A stretch of 64,000 bases of DNA from an uncultured delta proteobacterium (GTDB lineage: Bacteria > Myxococcota > Myxococcia > Myxococcales > Anaeromyxobacteraceae), in NCBI GenBank assembly GCA_963814585.1, contig CAWFDF010000016.1, forward strand, positions 32,001-96,000. Direction: 5' to 3'. Each line of letters begins with the position of its first letter. Within the stretch, counting starts at the first letter, position 1. The position numbers and the translations under genes are program-made. Under the pieces are notes generated by a model, which ran no database searches, had not been told where the DNA came from, and worked only from the letters and a program-made list of their open reading frames with translations. Below are positions 54,207 through 64,000 of this stretch, piece after piece.

Positions 54207-55503
54207 TCATCTCATCTCAAGGCGCGGGCCAGGGTACCGCCCCACGCACCGCTCCCCGAAGAGCTGCCGCGCCGCCAGGGCGTTGTGATCGCGGCAGAGA
54301 AGGCGAAGGTTGTCCACCGTCGGCATGCCGTTCATGCCCCAAGGGACGACATGGTCGAGTTCCAGCCGGTGGGTCGAGCCGCAACGGCCGCCTCCGTCCA
54401 GGGGCCACGTGCAGCGGCCGCCATCACGCTCCCAGACGGCGCGGCGGACGGCGGCGGGGATCGCTTCGCGCGGGCCAGTGCGGCGGTGGAATGGTTCCGA
54501 GATGGCTGCTTCGAAGTCATGCGCGGGCAAGGCCGAGGTGGGCACCGAGACCGAGCCTGTGGCCGGAGTCGCGCCCGGCGCAGGAGCCGGTCTGGCCGCG
54601 GGAGTCGCGGGGGCCGTAGGGGCTGGCGCGACGCTGCGCGGTCGCTTCACCTGCCCCCGCGCCTTGGCCTGCTTCTCCAGCAACAGGTCGAGCGCCGCCT
54701 CGAGCACCTGCTCGGTGGTGGCGCCCGGGATGGCGTGAGAGAGGCCGACGCGTGCAGCCTCCACCTTCTTCAACAACCGCTGCGTCACGGTGACGTGGAG
54801 CCGGCGCAGGTCTGCGGAGAGAGGCTCGACCTCGTCACGCCGGGCGTCGCACCGAGCCTCTCCCCCAAATGCCACTTCGGACGTCCGAAGTTGCGTTAGA
54901 GGGACCACGTTCGGGTGCAGGGAGAGCGCCAACTCATCCCTGGGCGCCGACGCCAGGGTGAGCGGGGCGTGGGCCACGGCTGATGGCCAATCGACCACCG
55001 CTTGGGTGGCTCCGGTGACAATCGTCCGGGTCGCTGGCGCCTGGCGGGGCTGCAGCTCGGCGACCACCTCCTGCGCCTCCCGCGCCGAGAGGCCGAAGAA
55101 GCGCGGCAGCACCTCGGCGCGGTTCTCTTCGGTCAGCACCTTGGCCAGCTCGGCAGAGGCGGTGCAGCAGAGCCGGCCGTCGCGAAGCGGCTCGACGAGG
55201 TCGGGGAAGCGCTGGAGGAGCCGGGCGGCACTCATCCGCCAGTAGGCGCTCGGGTTGGGCAGCCTCAACTCGACATGCAGGAAGGCGAAGAGGCTGGCGT
55301 GGCCCAGTGCCTCCCAGCCGCGCCGGCGATCGAAGTCGGCCAGGGCGACGAGGAAGTCGGCCATGGCGGACTGCTCCTTCCGCAAGAGGGACCTGAGCGC
55401 ATCACGCTGCTGTCGTGCTTCCAGGAGTTCGAGGGCGAGGGCTGGCCGCTCCGTGCAATGAAGCCGCGGCCGAGGAAAGGGTCGGTTGCGCGTGGTCGAT
55501 CAT
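54207..55503 (-). CDS. HNH endonuclease with N-terminal helical (DUF222-like) region; probable +1 frameshift near the 5' end
   Basis: IPAAVRRAVWERDGGRC, LELDHVVP, NLRLLCRDHN. Confidence 0.8.
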
Positions 55504-55993
55504 TCACGCATCGTCTCATCCGGGTCTGACATTTCCGGAATGTCGAGAACGCAGGAAACCCAAGAGGGACGCCCATTATGCGGCCCCTGCCGCCTGCGAC
55601 CGCGCCAGCCATGGGGCACACCGACGCCGTACGCGAGCGCTCCCCGAGAGCCGAGCCCATCGGTGCGCCGCCCGTCCTGGCTCACCCGTCGCTTCGCCAT
55701 CCTCCTGTCCCTCGGTGCCGTCCGGCTCGCCTGCAGGCGTCCTGGCCCAGCACGCGCCATGCTCACCCCTCGCTGCACTTCTCGCTCGCCTGGCGGAGTC
55801 CCTTGACGTTCCACGCCGGGCCACCGACTGCCCATCCGCGCGGGCCGCCCACGCCCACCCTGCCTGCGCAGCTCGCTCGCCGGTCGCTGCCGCCCGCGGT
55901 GCCGAAAGCCGCTTCGATCCCGCTCACCCTTCGCCGCCCGGGCCGCACCGGCGGGACGCAGGCCGGCAGCTCCGCCCCCTCCCCCCTCTCACC

Positions 55994-57307
55994 TCACGGC
56001 GTCACCAGCCGCTTCGCGACCACGTCGTGTCCGAGCCAGCGGACCGGCGAGGCCGGCTCCCAGGCCTCGGCCAGCATGAGCCGGCCGACCGCGCCGAAGA
56101 CCAGGCGGGAGAGCTCACCGGCCACGGTGCTCTTCTGGTCGGCGCTGAAGGCCAGCACCTCGTCGGCGGCCGGCAGCATGAGCTCCATCTCCTCGCGCGT
56201 GGAGTGGTGCGGCCAGGCCTCGAGGTCGCGGAAGGGGCGCAGCACGGGGTCGGAGAGGAAGCGGTCGGCCCGCGCCAGCATCGCCTCGAGCGTGGTCCCC
56301 TCCTTGAGCAGGGCCGCGCAGCGCGCCCAGGCCTGTTCGGCCGCCTGCGCGGAGCCGCCCCCGGCGCGGCCGGCGTCGCGGATGGAGGTCAGCAGCGGGT
56401 AGAGCGACAGCTCCACGCCCGAGAAGAGGGCGCTCGAGTTGGTCCAGATCTCCGGCGAGTTGAAGACCGTGGCCCGCACCCCGTCGCGCCAGGCCTCCTC
56501 GGCGAGCTGCTCGAGCAGCCTCTTGGCCCAGCCCTGCAGGTAGGGCGTGTAGCTCTGCCAGGTGGGCCGGCCGCCCACCAGCACCTCGCAGCCGTGGTAG
56601 CCGTAGGCCACGTAGCGCACCCGCCGGCCCGGCGTGCGCAGCGGGGCGGTGGCGGCCACCAGCCGCTGGAAGGTCCGCGCCGTCACCTCCTCGAAGCTCA
56701 TGGCCCAGAGCCGGCCCAGCTCGGTCTCCCAGACCGGGCCCGACGCCAGGTGCTTCTCGCCGGTGCCGCGGAAGAGGCGCGTCATCAGCGGCAGCAGCGA
56801 GCGGGCCCGAGGGACGCCGCCGGCCATGGTGTGGACGATGAGCAGGTTGGCGCCCGCCGGGACCAGCCCGGCCAGCTCGGCCGCGAAGGCCGCCGCGTTC
56901 CGCTCGAAGCGCGCCGCGCCGGCGGCGCGGGAGGCCGCCAGGGCCGCCTGGTCGAAGGTCAGCTCGCGCCAGCCGTCGCCCTTGAGCCGCTTCAGCTGCT
57001 CGACGGGCGAGGGGCCGCCGTCCACCGCCTCGAGGTCGAAGCCGGCCTCCAGCGGCACGTTGACGATGCGGCCGCCCAGGTTGGCCTCGGCCGCCGCCAG
57101 TTCCTCGGGGTTGAGCGGGCGCAAGGGGCCGTCGCTCCCGTCGCGCCGGCCGACGGTGGCGCCGATCAGCGTCATCCCCGCCCGTCGCGCCTCGTCGACG
57201 ATGCCATTGGCGTAGCCGCGGCCGAAGAGCTCGCCGAAGACGACCAGCACGTCACCTGGCTGCCAGCCGGCGGGGGGGGGGAGGTCGCGGAGCGGGTGGT
57301 AGCGCAT
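55994..57307 (-). CDS. Enoyl-ACP reductase, FabMG-like family
   Basis: FGELFGRGYANG, PLEAGFD, HTMAGG, YGYHG, WQSYTPY. Confidence 0.7.
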   Translation of the reverse strand: MRYHPLRDLPPPAGWQPGDVLVVFGELFGRGYANGIVDEARRAGMTLIGATVGRRDGSDGPLRPLNPEELAAAEANLGGRIVNVPLEAGFDLEAVDGGPSPVEQLKRLKGDGWRELTFDQAALAASRAAGAARFERNAAAFAAELAGLVPAGANLLIVHTMAGGVPRARSLLPLMTRLFRGTGEKHLASGPVWETELGRLWAMSFEEVTARTFQRLVAATAPLRTPGRRVRYVAYGYHGCEVLVGGRPTWQSYTPYLQGWAKRLLEQLAEEAWRDGVRATVFNSPEIWTNSSALFSGVELSLYPLLTSIRDAGRAGGGSAQAAEQAWARCAALLKEGTTLEAMLARADRFLSDPVLRPFRDLEAWPHHSTREEMELMLPAADEVLAFSADQKSTVAGELSRLVFGAVGRLMLAEAWEPASPVRWLGHDVVAKRLVTP

Positions 57308-57385
57308 GGGTTCTCCTGGAGCGGGAGGCCCACACGATGCCCGCAGCCACCTCCTCCTGTCGAGCGGGGACCGGCCCCAGGCCGC

Positions 57386-59476
57386 TCAGGGAGGCGCCGG
57401 CAGTTCTCCGGTGAAGGGGATGGCCACCACGTAGGGCTTGTCGGCGGCAGTGCTCCCCACCGAGACCGTGCCGCCCCCGGCGCCGGCCGCCGGGCCGGTC
57501 ACATAGACGTCGAAGCCGGTGGCGCGGAGCTGCAGCGGCACCGCCGTGCCTGGGTCGAGCGGGGCGTACTGGAAGGGGATGAACTTCTGGTGCAGCGGCG
57601 TCCAGTCGGCGCCGGTGTAGTCGAGCAGCGAGCCGGGCGAGCTGGGCTCGTTGGAGAAGAGCAGGGACGACGTCCAGAGGGCGTACATGAGCGGGAAGGG
57701 GAGGCCGGAGGCCTTCTCCAGCAGCCCCAGCCCGGTCCCCTCGCCATGGAAGAGCGCCGGGATGAAGGGGTCGCCCAGCCGGTCGGCCAGGTAGCGGAAG
57801 AGCAGGCCAACGGCGGAGTAGTTGAGTTGCCAGTCCTGCCAGTGGAGGAGCGTCAGGTCGTCGTAGCCCTCCGAGCTGCCGCGGGTGAGGACGCCGGCTC
57901 GGAAGCGCCGATAGCTCGGGTCCTGCAAGCCCAGGCCGGCGAGATCCATCATCAGCTCAGCGCGGCCCTCCGCCATCCAGTCATCCCAGCCAGCGGATGG
58001 CGACCAGGCAACGCTACGGCCAAAGTCGACGACGTGCTGGAGCTCATGTGGAAGGACCCGGATCAGGTCGTGCGCCGCGATGTCCTTCGGGAGCGGCAGG
58101 CCGTCAGCGCCGAGGTGGCAGGAGAGGCTTCTCAAGTAGATCGTCTCGCCGCCGTTGGAGGTCGTGTCGTCGCAGGTGGAAGTGTCGAGCGGCGCGAAGT
58201 CCAGGTCACTCACGTAGCCGTCCCACCCCGAGCAGAATGCGTCGGTCACGACGATCGTGACCTTCCCGTTGCCATCGGTGTCGATGGGCGCGCCGGAGAT
58301 GGCGACCACCTTGGCCTGGCTCGACTCCCAGCCCGCGGTCACGGCATCCCAGTCGGCGGTGGTGAAGTCGCCCGAGGCCGCATCGTCCAAATAGAAGGTG
58401 GCGGTTGCCGACTCACGAGCCAGGCGGGTGGCCCGGCGCTCGAAGCCGACATGGGTGCCGGTCTTGTCCGTCCGCCGGACGCAGAAGGACCGGTTGGCCG
58501 CGGGGGCCATGGCAGCCAGCGAGGCCAGCCAAGTCTCCGGACGGACACGGGCGGTGGGCCCTGGCTGATGGGCCTGGCCGGCGCCACAGCGTGGGCCCCG
58601 CGGCACACCGTCCACGGCCGCCAGGCGCGGCGTCGCCGCCGGGTAGGGCTCGGTGCCGGTCGCCAGGATGGTGACGGGGATTCGCTCGGTCCAGGTGGTG
58701 TTGAGGAGGATGACCGCCAGCCGGTTCCCCTCGGCGACGTGAAGGTCGAGCGTGCCTCCAGCGAAATCGCTCGGCTGCCTGAGGGTGATCGGTCCGGTGG
58801 CCAGCGGGATGGCCCGCATCGACCGCCGTGCGGCCATCTGCGAGATGGCGCCGGCCGGCGGCGAGGCCGGGTCCATGGCCCAGGCCTCCAGCTCCACCAC
58901 CGCCAGCCCCGGGGCCGTTCCGGTGAAGGGAAGGACCACCTCGGTTCCGGTGGTGCTCGCCGTGGCCAGCTCCTTCGGAGCGGCGCCGGTGGCGAAGCCG
59001 AGCCCTCGCAGCGTGGCCCGGTAGAGCACGGCCCCGGCCACCGGCTGCAAGCTCACCCGCACCTGCCCGGGCTCGAACACCGCCGTGCCCGCAGCCTGGG
59101 AGAGCAGCGCGTTGGGGTCCACCTGGCAGCTCCAAGCCTGGGGCCCGTGGCCCACGTCCTTGGACACCGCGAAGACGCTGGAGGAGTCCTGGGAAAGCGC
59201 GGTCAGATCGGGCCAGGCCACCGCGCAGACTCGCTGGCCGGCCGGGCAGGTGACCGTCCGTTCCACGCCGTCGCCGCTCACCGGCAGCGCCACGGCGGCC
59301 ACCGGCACGGGGTCGAACGTGAAGGCCAGCACCGCGCCGACGCTCGAGCCGGCGTTGTAGGAGGCACAGGTCATGTTGACCTTGAGGGGAGGATTGGTCA
59401 GCGGTGGTGGCGAGGACGTGCCGCAGCCGGACAGCAGGGCGAGACCACAGGCGGACAGCAGCGAGAGAAGGCGCAT
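57386..59476 (-). CDS. Lipoprotein with C-terminal zinc metallopeptidase (M30-like) domain
   Basis: Lipobox LSGC; DTDGNGKV, HELQH, WMAEGRAE. Confidence 0.7.
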   Translation of the reverse strand: MRLLSLLSACGLALLSGCGTSSPPPLTNPPLKVNMTCASYNAGSSVGAVLAFTFDPVPVAAVALPVSGDGVERTVTCPAGQRVCAVAWPDLTALSQDSSSVFAVSKDVGHGPQAWSCQVDPNALLSQAAGTAVFEPGQVRVSLQPVAGAVLYRATLRGLGFATGAAPKELATASTTGTEVVLPFTGTAPGLAVVELEAWAMDPASPPAGAISQMAARRSMRAIPLATGPITLRQPSDFAGGTLDLHVAEGNRLAVILLNTTWTERIPVTILATGTEPYPAATPRLAAVDGVPRGPRCGAGQAHQPGPTARVRPETWLASLAAMAPAANRSFCVRRTDKTGTHVGFERRATRLARESATATFYLDDAASGDFTTADWDAVTAGWESSQAKVVAISGAPIDTDGNGKVTIVVTDAFCSGWDGYVSDLDFAPLDTSTCDDTTSNGGETIYLRSLSCHLGADGLPLPKDIAAHDLIRVLPHELQHVVDFGRSVAWSPSAGWDDWMAEGRAELMMDLAGLGLQDPSYRRFRAGVLTRGSSEGYDDLTLLHWQDWQLNYSAVGLLFRYLADRLGDPFIPALFHGEGTGLGLLEKASGLPFPLMYALWTSSLLFSNEPSSPGSLLDYTGADWTPLHQKFIPFQYAPLDPGTAVPLQLRATGFDVYVTGPAAGAGGGTVSVGSTAADKPYVVAIPFTGELPAPP

Positions 59477-59760
59477 GGCGACCTCCGGCACGGACCACGT
59501 GCACGCTCAGCGTGGGCTCGCCGTGGGCTCCTGTCCTGCGGCGTCTCGGGTCGCTGCGACGGCGTGCGACAGGTTGGCAGGCGTGGCTCGACGGCCATCC
59601 AGTCACCATCACGCACGGAGCTTCCGGATCCCAAGCGGGGCAGGTCGGGAGCGGTTCGCGCGCGCCAGGACCGCACCATCAGTACGTTTCCACCGCGCCG
59701 CAGGGGCCACCGTCGCGGCGGAGCGACGGGGAGGGAAGGCATCACCACCGGCCTCCCCGC

Positions 59761-60465
59761 TCAGCGCCGGGCGCCCTTCTGCTTCACGGGGCGGCGCGAC
59801 GCGGCCTTCCTCGCCGGCTTCCCGGCTCCGCGCTTCGCTGCGCCCCTCCGCTTCGCGCCCTTCGCCGCCTGCCGTCCGGCGGCCTTGCGGGCCGGCTTCC
59901 TCACCGGCTTCCGCACCGCTTTCCGGCTCGCCGCCTTCCTGACCGCGGGCCGGTCCCTCGCACCCGCCTTCGCCAGCGCGGCCTTCCCGCCCGCCCTCGC
60001 CGAGGGCTTGCCGGCCTTCTTCCCACCCTTCGCCCCGCGGCCAGCCCCCTTCGCGCCCTTCCGCCCGGCCCTCCGGAAGTACCGCTCCATCGGCGTCAGG
60101 TAGAACTCCTCCCACCCCTCCAGCACGGCCGGCCCCTGCCCCTCGGGCAGGTCGCCGTGGCGCAGCGTGACGCGGGTGCCGCCCGGCGCCGGCTCGAGGC
60201 TGACCTCGAGGAGCGAGTCGAGCGCGTCGGCGGGGAAGTCGTCGGAGCGCCACGACTGCACGATGCGGACGCCCGGATCGAGGGCCAGGTGGCTGCCGTC
60301 GATGTAGCCGTCCCAGGCGGTGAAGCGGCCGCCCACCTCGGCCGACTCGACGGTGGCGGGGCTGCCGGTCATGGCCGCGTGCTCGGCGGCGTCGAGCCAG
60401 GCGGTGAAGATCTGTGCCGGCGTGGCGGGGAGGATGCGGGAGACCACGATGGTGTCGACGGGCAT
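59761..60465 (-). CDS. SRPBCC/AHSA1-domain protein with Lys/Arg/Ala-rich C-terminal tail
   Basis: HAAMTG, FTAWDGYI, RIVQSWR, GWEEFY followed by a ~100-aa basic tail. Confidence 0.8.
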   Translation of the reverse strand: MPVDTIVVSRILPATPAQIFTAWLDAAEHAAMTGSPATVESAEVGGRFTAWDGYIDGSHLALDPGVRIVQSWRSDDFPADALDSLLEVSLEPAPGGTRVTLRHGDLPEGQGPAVLEGWEEFYLTPMERYFRRAGRKGAKGAGRGAKGGKKAGKPSARAGGKAALAKAGARDRPAVRKAASRKAVRKPVRKPARKAAGRQAAKGAKRRGAAKRGAGKPARKAASRRPVKQKGARR

Positions 60466-60587
60466 GGCGACCTCCTTCGGGGAGCGGGGCGATCGGTCCA
60501 CCGATACGCCCCTCCGGGCCCGGCCGGCAAGGGAGGGCCCACCCGCCAGGGTCGTGCCCGGTGCCTTGCTCGACGGGTCAGGCCACG

Positions 60588-61622
60588 TCAGAACACCACG
60601 TTCGGCCGGATGAGGAACTGCAGCCCCGCCCCGCTGGTCTGGGCCAGGGCGCCAGTGTAGGCCAGGCCGGACTCCCAGAGCAGGCCGACGCCGAAGACCA
60701 GCGTCACCTTCCCCTTGCCGAGCGGGAACTTCTTGTCGACGAGGAAGAGCTGGCGCACCGGCTTCCCGGAGAGCGAGAGGTCGAGGCGGTACTCGATCCC
60801 GGAGTTGGCCAGCAGCAGCGACTCGTCCAGGTAGTCGATCCGGCTGCGCCGCAGCGCCACGTAGGCGGTGTCGGTGATGTCGCCGTTGTCGTGGAGCTTG
60901 GCGCCGACCCGGAAGCTCCAGGAGAGCTTCATCTCCTCGCTGATCCGGTCGCCCTTGAGCTTGAGCTCGGCCTCCAGCCAGGCGTCGTCGACCAGCGCGT
61001 TCTGCTGGATGTGGCCGAGGCCACCGGAGGCCACCACGCCGAGGTACCCGAGCCCGTGCACGTCGTCCCGCCCGGACCGTCCGAAGTCGACGACGTTGCC
61101 CAGGAGGATGGAGACGGCGAACGGCTCGTCGAAGCCGGCGGTGAGGGCCTGGACCAGGTTGAGGCTGGACGTGACCTGCGCCTGCTCGTAGGCCCAGCTC
61201 CACTCGTGGATGGCCAGTCCCAGGCAAGGAACGGGGTTGATGCTCGCCTCCAGCACCAGGACGTGGCGAGCCAGCGCGCCGCCGAGGAGCGACAGGTAGA
61301 TCTCGGCCTCGCTCCGCTCTCCGGCGGGGGCGGCGGCGGAGCCGGCGAGCGGGATGTAGAGGCCGACGCTGGAGTAGTAGGCCCCGCGGGTGAATAGCAG
61401 CGTGATGGGCGGCGGTGGCGGCGGCTCCGGCTCCTGCGGCGTGGCCCAGCCCTCGTAGAGCGAGGGATCGTCGTCGTCCCCCTCCGGCGCCGGGAGGGGC
61501 TGCTCGGAGGGCGGGGCCGCTGGCGGCCCCGGGCTCCCGGGCTCCTCGCCACGCGCCACGCCGGCGGCCAGCGCGAGCGCGGTGAGGAGGAGGAGGGGAG
61601 GGGACCGGCCAGGCGGGGACAC
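60588..61622 (-). CDS. Secreted/outer-membrane hypothetical protein
   Basis: Signal peptide, Pro-rich linker, beta-rich body, terminal Phe (IRPNVVF). Confidence 0.6.
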   Translation of the reverse strand: MSPPGRSPPLLLLTALALAAGVARGEEPGSPGPPAAPPSEQPLPAPEGDDDDPSLYEGWATPQEPEPPPPPPITLLFTRGAYYSSVGLYIPLAGSAAAPAGERSEAEIYLSLLGGALARHVLVLEASINPVPCLGLAIHEWSWAYEQAQVTSSLNLVQALTAGFDEPFAVSILLGNVVDFGRSGRDDVHGLGYLGVVASGGLGHIQQNALVDDAWLEAELKLKGDRISEEMKLSWSFRVGAKLHDNGDITDTAYVALRRSRIDYLDESLLLANSGIEYRLDLSLSGKPVRQLFLVDKKFPLGKGKVTLVFGVGLLWESGLAYTGALAQTSGAGLQFLIRPNVVF

Positions 61623-61700
61623 CCCGCCGATGATGCCGGTGACCGCCCCGACGCTCAAGTTCCGGCGCGCGTCAGCCCCTCCCTGTAGATCCCAACCCAA

Positions 61701-61877
61701 GTGCCCCGACCCAGGCAGGATGACGTGACGAGAGCGTCGAGACCGAAGCGAGGCTGGCGCCCGAGGAGGGAGCAGCGGAAGCGTAGTGGATTTACGCTGA
61801 GCAGCGGACCGACGAGGCCGCCTGCCGCAGCGAGAGGATCGACGCTCGCAGTAGGCATCTTGCCTGGGTCGGGGCAC
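61701..61877 (-). repeat. Dispersed TIR repeat, copy 3 (inverted orientation)
   Basis: 22-bp TIRs with one mismatch: GTGCCCCGACCCAGGCAGGATG / CATCTTGCCTGGGTCGGGGCAC. Confidence 0.92.
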
Positions 61878-61880
61878 GAG

Positions 61881-62879
61881 ATGCGCCAGCCGCCCATCGA
61901 GCTGCACCGCGGCGAGCTGCGCGTCGCCGGCACCGGCCTGCACCTCGACGCCCAGCGCCGGGCCGCCTGCGCCTTCGTCTCCCACGCCCACGGCGACCAC
62001 ATCGGCCGCCACGACCGGACCATCGCCACCCCCGCCACCATGGCGCTCATGAACCACCGGCTGGGCGAGCCGAAGCGGGTCCGAAAGGCCGAGCAGCTGC
62101 CGGTGGGCTACCGGCAGCCCTTCGGGCTCGGCGCCCAGACCCTGGAGCTCTTCCCGGCCGGCCACGTGCTCGGCTCGGCGCAGCTGCGCGTCACGCTGGA
62201 GGACGGCCACGCGCTCGGCTACACCGGCGATCTCTGCACCGACACGCCCTGCGCGGCCGAGCCGGCCGAGGTGATGGGCTGCGACGTGCTGGTGCTGGAG
62301 TCCACCTTCGGCCTGCCGCGCTACGTCTTCCCGCCCAAGGAGGAGACGCTGGCCGCCGTCCGCCGCTTCTGCGACGACGCCCTCTCCGACGGGGTCACCC
62401 CGGTCCTCTACGGCTACGCGCTCGGCAAGGCGCAGGAGATCCTCGCCTTCCTCTCCGGCGCCGGATACGCCTGCCGCTGCCACCCGGTGGTCCACGCCAT
62501 CAACCGGATCTACGAGGCCCACGGCGTGGCGCTCCCCGGCGTCCGCCCGCTCGACGCCGACGGGGTGGCGGCCGGCGAGGTGGTGGTGGTGCCGCAGCAG
62601 CTCTGCTGGAGCCCGGCCATGCGGTCGGTGCGCCGGCGCCGGACCGCGGCGCTGACCGGCTGGGCCATCGACGGCGACCGCATGTTCCGGGGCGTGGACG
62701 CCGCCTTCCCGCTCTCCGACCACTGCGACTACCCGTCGCTGCTGGCCTACGCCCGCGCCACCGGCGCCGGCCGCGTCTTCACCGTCCACGGCCACGCCGA
62801 CCAGCTGGCGGCGGCCCTCTGCCGGGAGGGGATCCGGGCCCAGCCGCTGCGGGAGGGGAGCCAGCTCGAGCTTCTGTAG
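61881..62879 (+). CDS. MBL/beta-CASP-family nuclease
   Basis: SHAHGDH, AGHVLGSA, YTGD, ESTFG, LSDHCD, VHG. Confidence 0.85.
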   Translation: MRQPPIELHRGELRVAGTGLHLDAQRRAACAFVSHAHGDHIGRHDRTIATPATMALMNHRLGEPKRVRKAEQLPVGYRQPFGLGAQTLELFPAGHVLGSAQLRVTLEDGHALGYTGDLCTDTPCAAEPAEVMGCDVLVLESTFGLPRYVFPPKEETLAAVRRFCDDALSDGVTPVLYGYALGKAQEILAFLSGAGYACRCHPVVHAINRIYEAHGVALPGVRPLDADGVAAGEVVVVPQQLCWSPAMRSVRRRRTAALTGWAIDGDRMFRGVDAAFPLSDHCDYPSLLAYARATGAGRVFTVHGHADQLAAALCREGIRAQPLREGSQLELL

Positions 62880-62891
62880 TACAAGTGGCGC

Positions 62892-63900
62892 GTGATCGAG
62901 CTCATCGCCAGCGCCGACGCCGAGGGGCAGCGCCTCGACAAGTACGTCCGCAAGGCCCTGAAGGGCGTCCCGCTCAGCCACGTCTACAAGATGTTCCGCA
63001 CCCGCAAGGTGAAGGTGAACGGGGTGCGCGGCCGGCCCGAGCAGCTGCTGGCGGCGGCCGACCGGATCGAGATCTGGGGCGACGAGGAGAAGCTGCTGGC
63101 CGCGCCCGAGCCCGGGCGCCCCGCGCACCCGCGGGCGGGGCGGGCCCCGGCTGGAGGTCCTCCTCGAGGACGAGGAGCTGCTGGTGGTGAACAAGCCGGC
63201 CGGCCTGGCGGCCCACCCCGGCACCGGCATCAGCGGCGCCACGCTGGTGGAGCTGGTGCGCGACCACCTGAAGGTGCCGACCGGCCGGCCCAGCGGCGAG
63301 TTCAAGCCCTCGCCGGCCCACCGGCTCGACCGCGAGACCTCCGGGATCATCCTGGTGGCCAAGACCCGGCGGGCCATGGTGACGCTGGGCCAGCTCTTCG
63401 AGTCCAAGGAGGACCTGAAGAAGCAGTACCTGGCGCTGGCCAAGGGGAAGATGCCGCAGGCCAGCGGCCTCTTCGACCAGCCGCTCTCCGAGCACGAGCA
63501 GACGGGGAGGTCCAAGGAGCGGCGCGGCGTCAACATGCAGCCGGCGCTGACCCGCTGGAAGGTGCTGGGCGCCATGAAGGAGGCCACGCTGCTGCAGGTG
63601 CTCATCGAGACCGGCCGCACCCACCAGATCCGGCGCCACCTGCAGGCGGCCGGCCACCCGGTGGCCGGCGATCCGCGCTACGGCGACTTCAACTTCAACC
63701 GGACGGCGCGCACCCGCTGGGGCCTGCGCCGCATGTTCCTGCACGCCTGGAAGCTCACGCTGCCGCACCCGGTCACCGGCGTGCTGCTCCGGCTCGAGGC
63801 GCCGCTGCCCGCCGAGCTGCTCGAGGCGCTCAAGGCCCTCAACCTCCCGCCTCCGCCGGGGGCCACCCCGGCCGTTGAAAGCGCCCGGCGCGGCAAGTAA
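62892..63900 (+). CDS. RluA-family pseudouridine synthase (RluC/RluD-like, S4 domain; +1 frameshift near 63130)
   Basis: QRLDKY S4 domain, VNKPAGL, HRLDRETSG, TGRTHQIR, LHA. Confidence 0.9.
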
Positions 63901-64000
63901 GGTCGGTCCCCCCATGACGGAGCCGACCGTCCCGGGCGCCGCGCCGCCCCCCGACGAGCCCGCCGCCACGCCACGGCTGGTGCTGACCGGCCTGCCGCCG

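Noticed and set aside
55415..60103. Very long ORFs in the track (e.g. 55415-60103, 41863-45627, 5703-8741, 36653-39574)
   Set aside because: These are antisense or off-frame shadows of real genes in high-GC DNA, with R/G/A/P-rich translations and no motifs.
63914..64000. ORF starting MTEPTVPG at the window end
   Set aside because: Too short a fragment to support any call.

Overview
High-GC bacterial DNA whose gene content looks like Myxococcota (Anaeromyxobacter-like; this is an inference). The most distinctive block (5.1-15.0 kb) is one co-oriented operon. It has an ArsR-rhodanese regulator, a secreted tandem rhodanese, a YeeE/YedE transporter, a second rhodanese, a Tat-exported type II DMSO-reductase-family molybdoenzyme (alpha, beta, and a heme b/cytochrome c gamma fusion), a small secreted protein ending in Gly-Cys-Leu, and an Mrp ATPase lacking its CxxC motif. 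Next come an A2-type caa3 cytochrome c oxidase operon with an FNR-like box and a NosL/YtkA/ABC copper-handling cluster with no nosZ in the window. The rest holds c-di-GMP enzymes, lipid/acyl-CoA genes (FadL, lipase, PaaK, Ptb/Buk, EtfAB, FabMG-like), transporters, an HNH protein and RNA/DNA-processing genes. A ~177-bp element with terminal inverted repeats occurs three times. Many genes carry +1 frameshifts, which most likely reflects insertion-biased sequencing errors. All family assignments come from motifs recognised by eye; no database searches were run.
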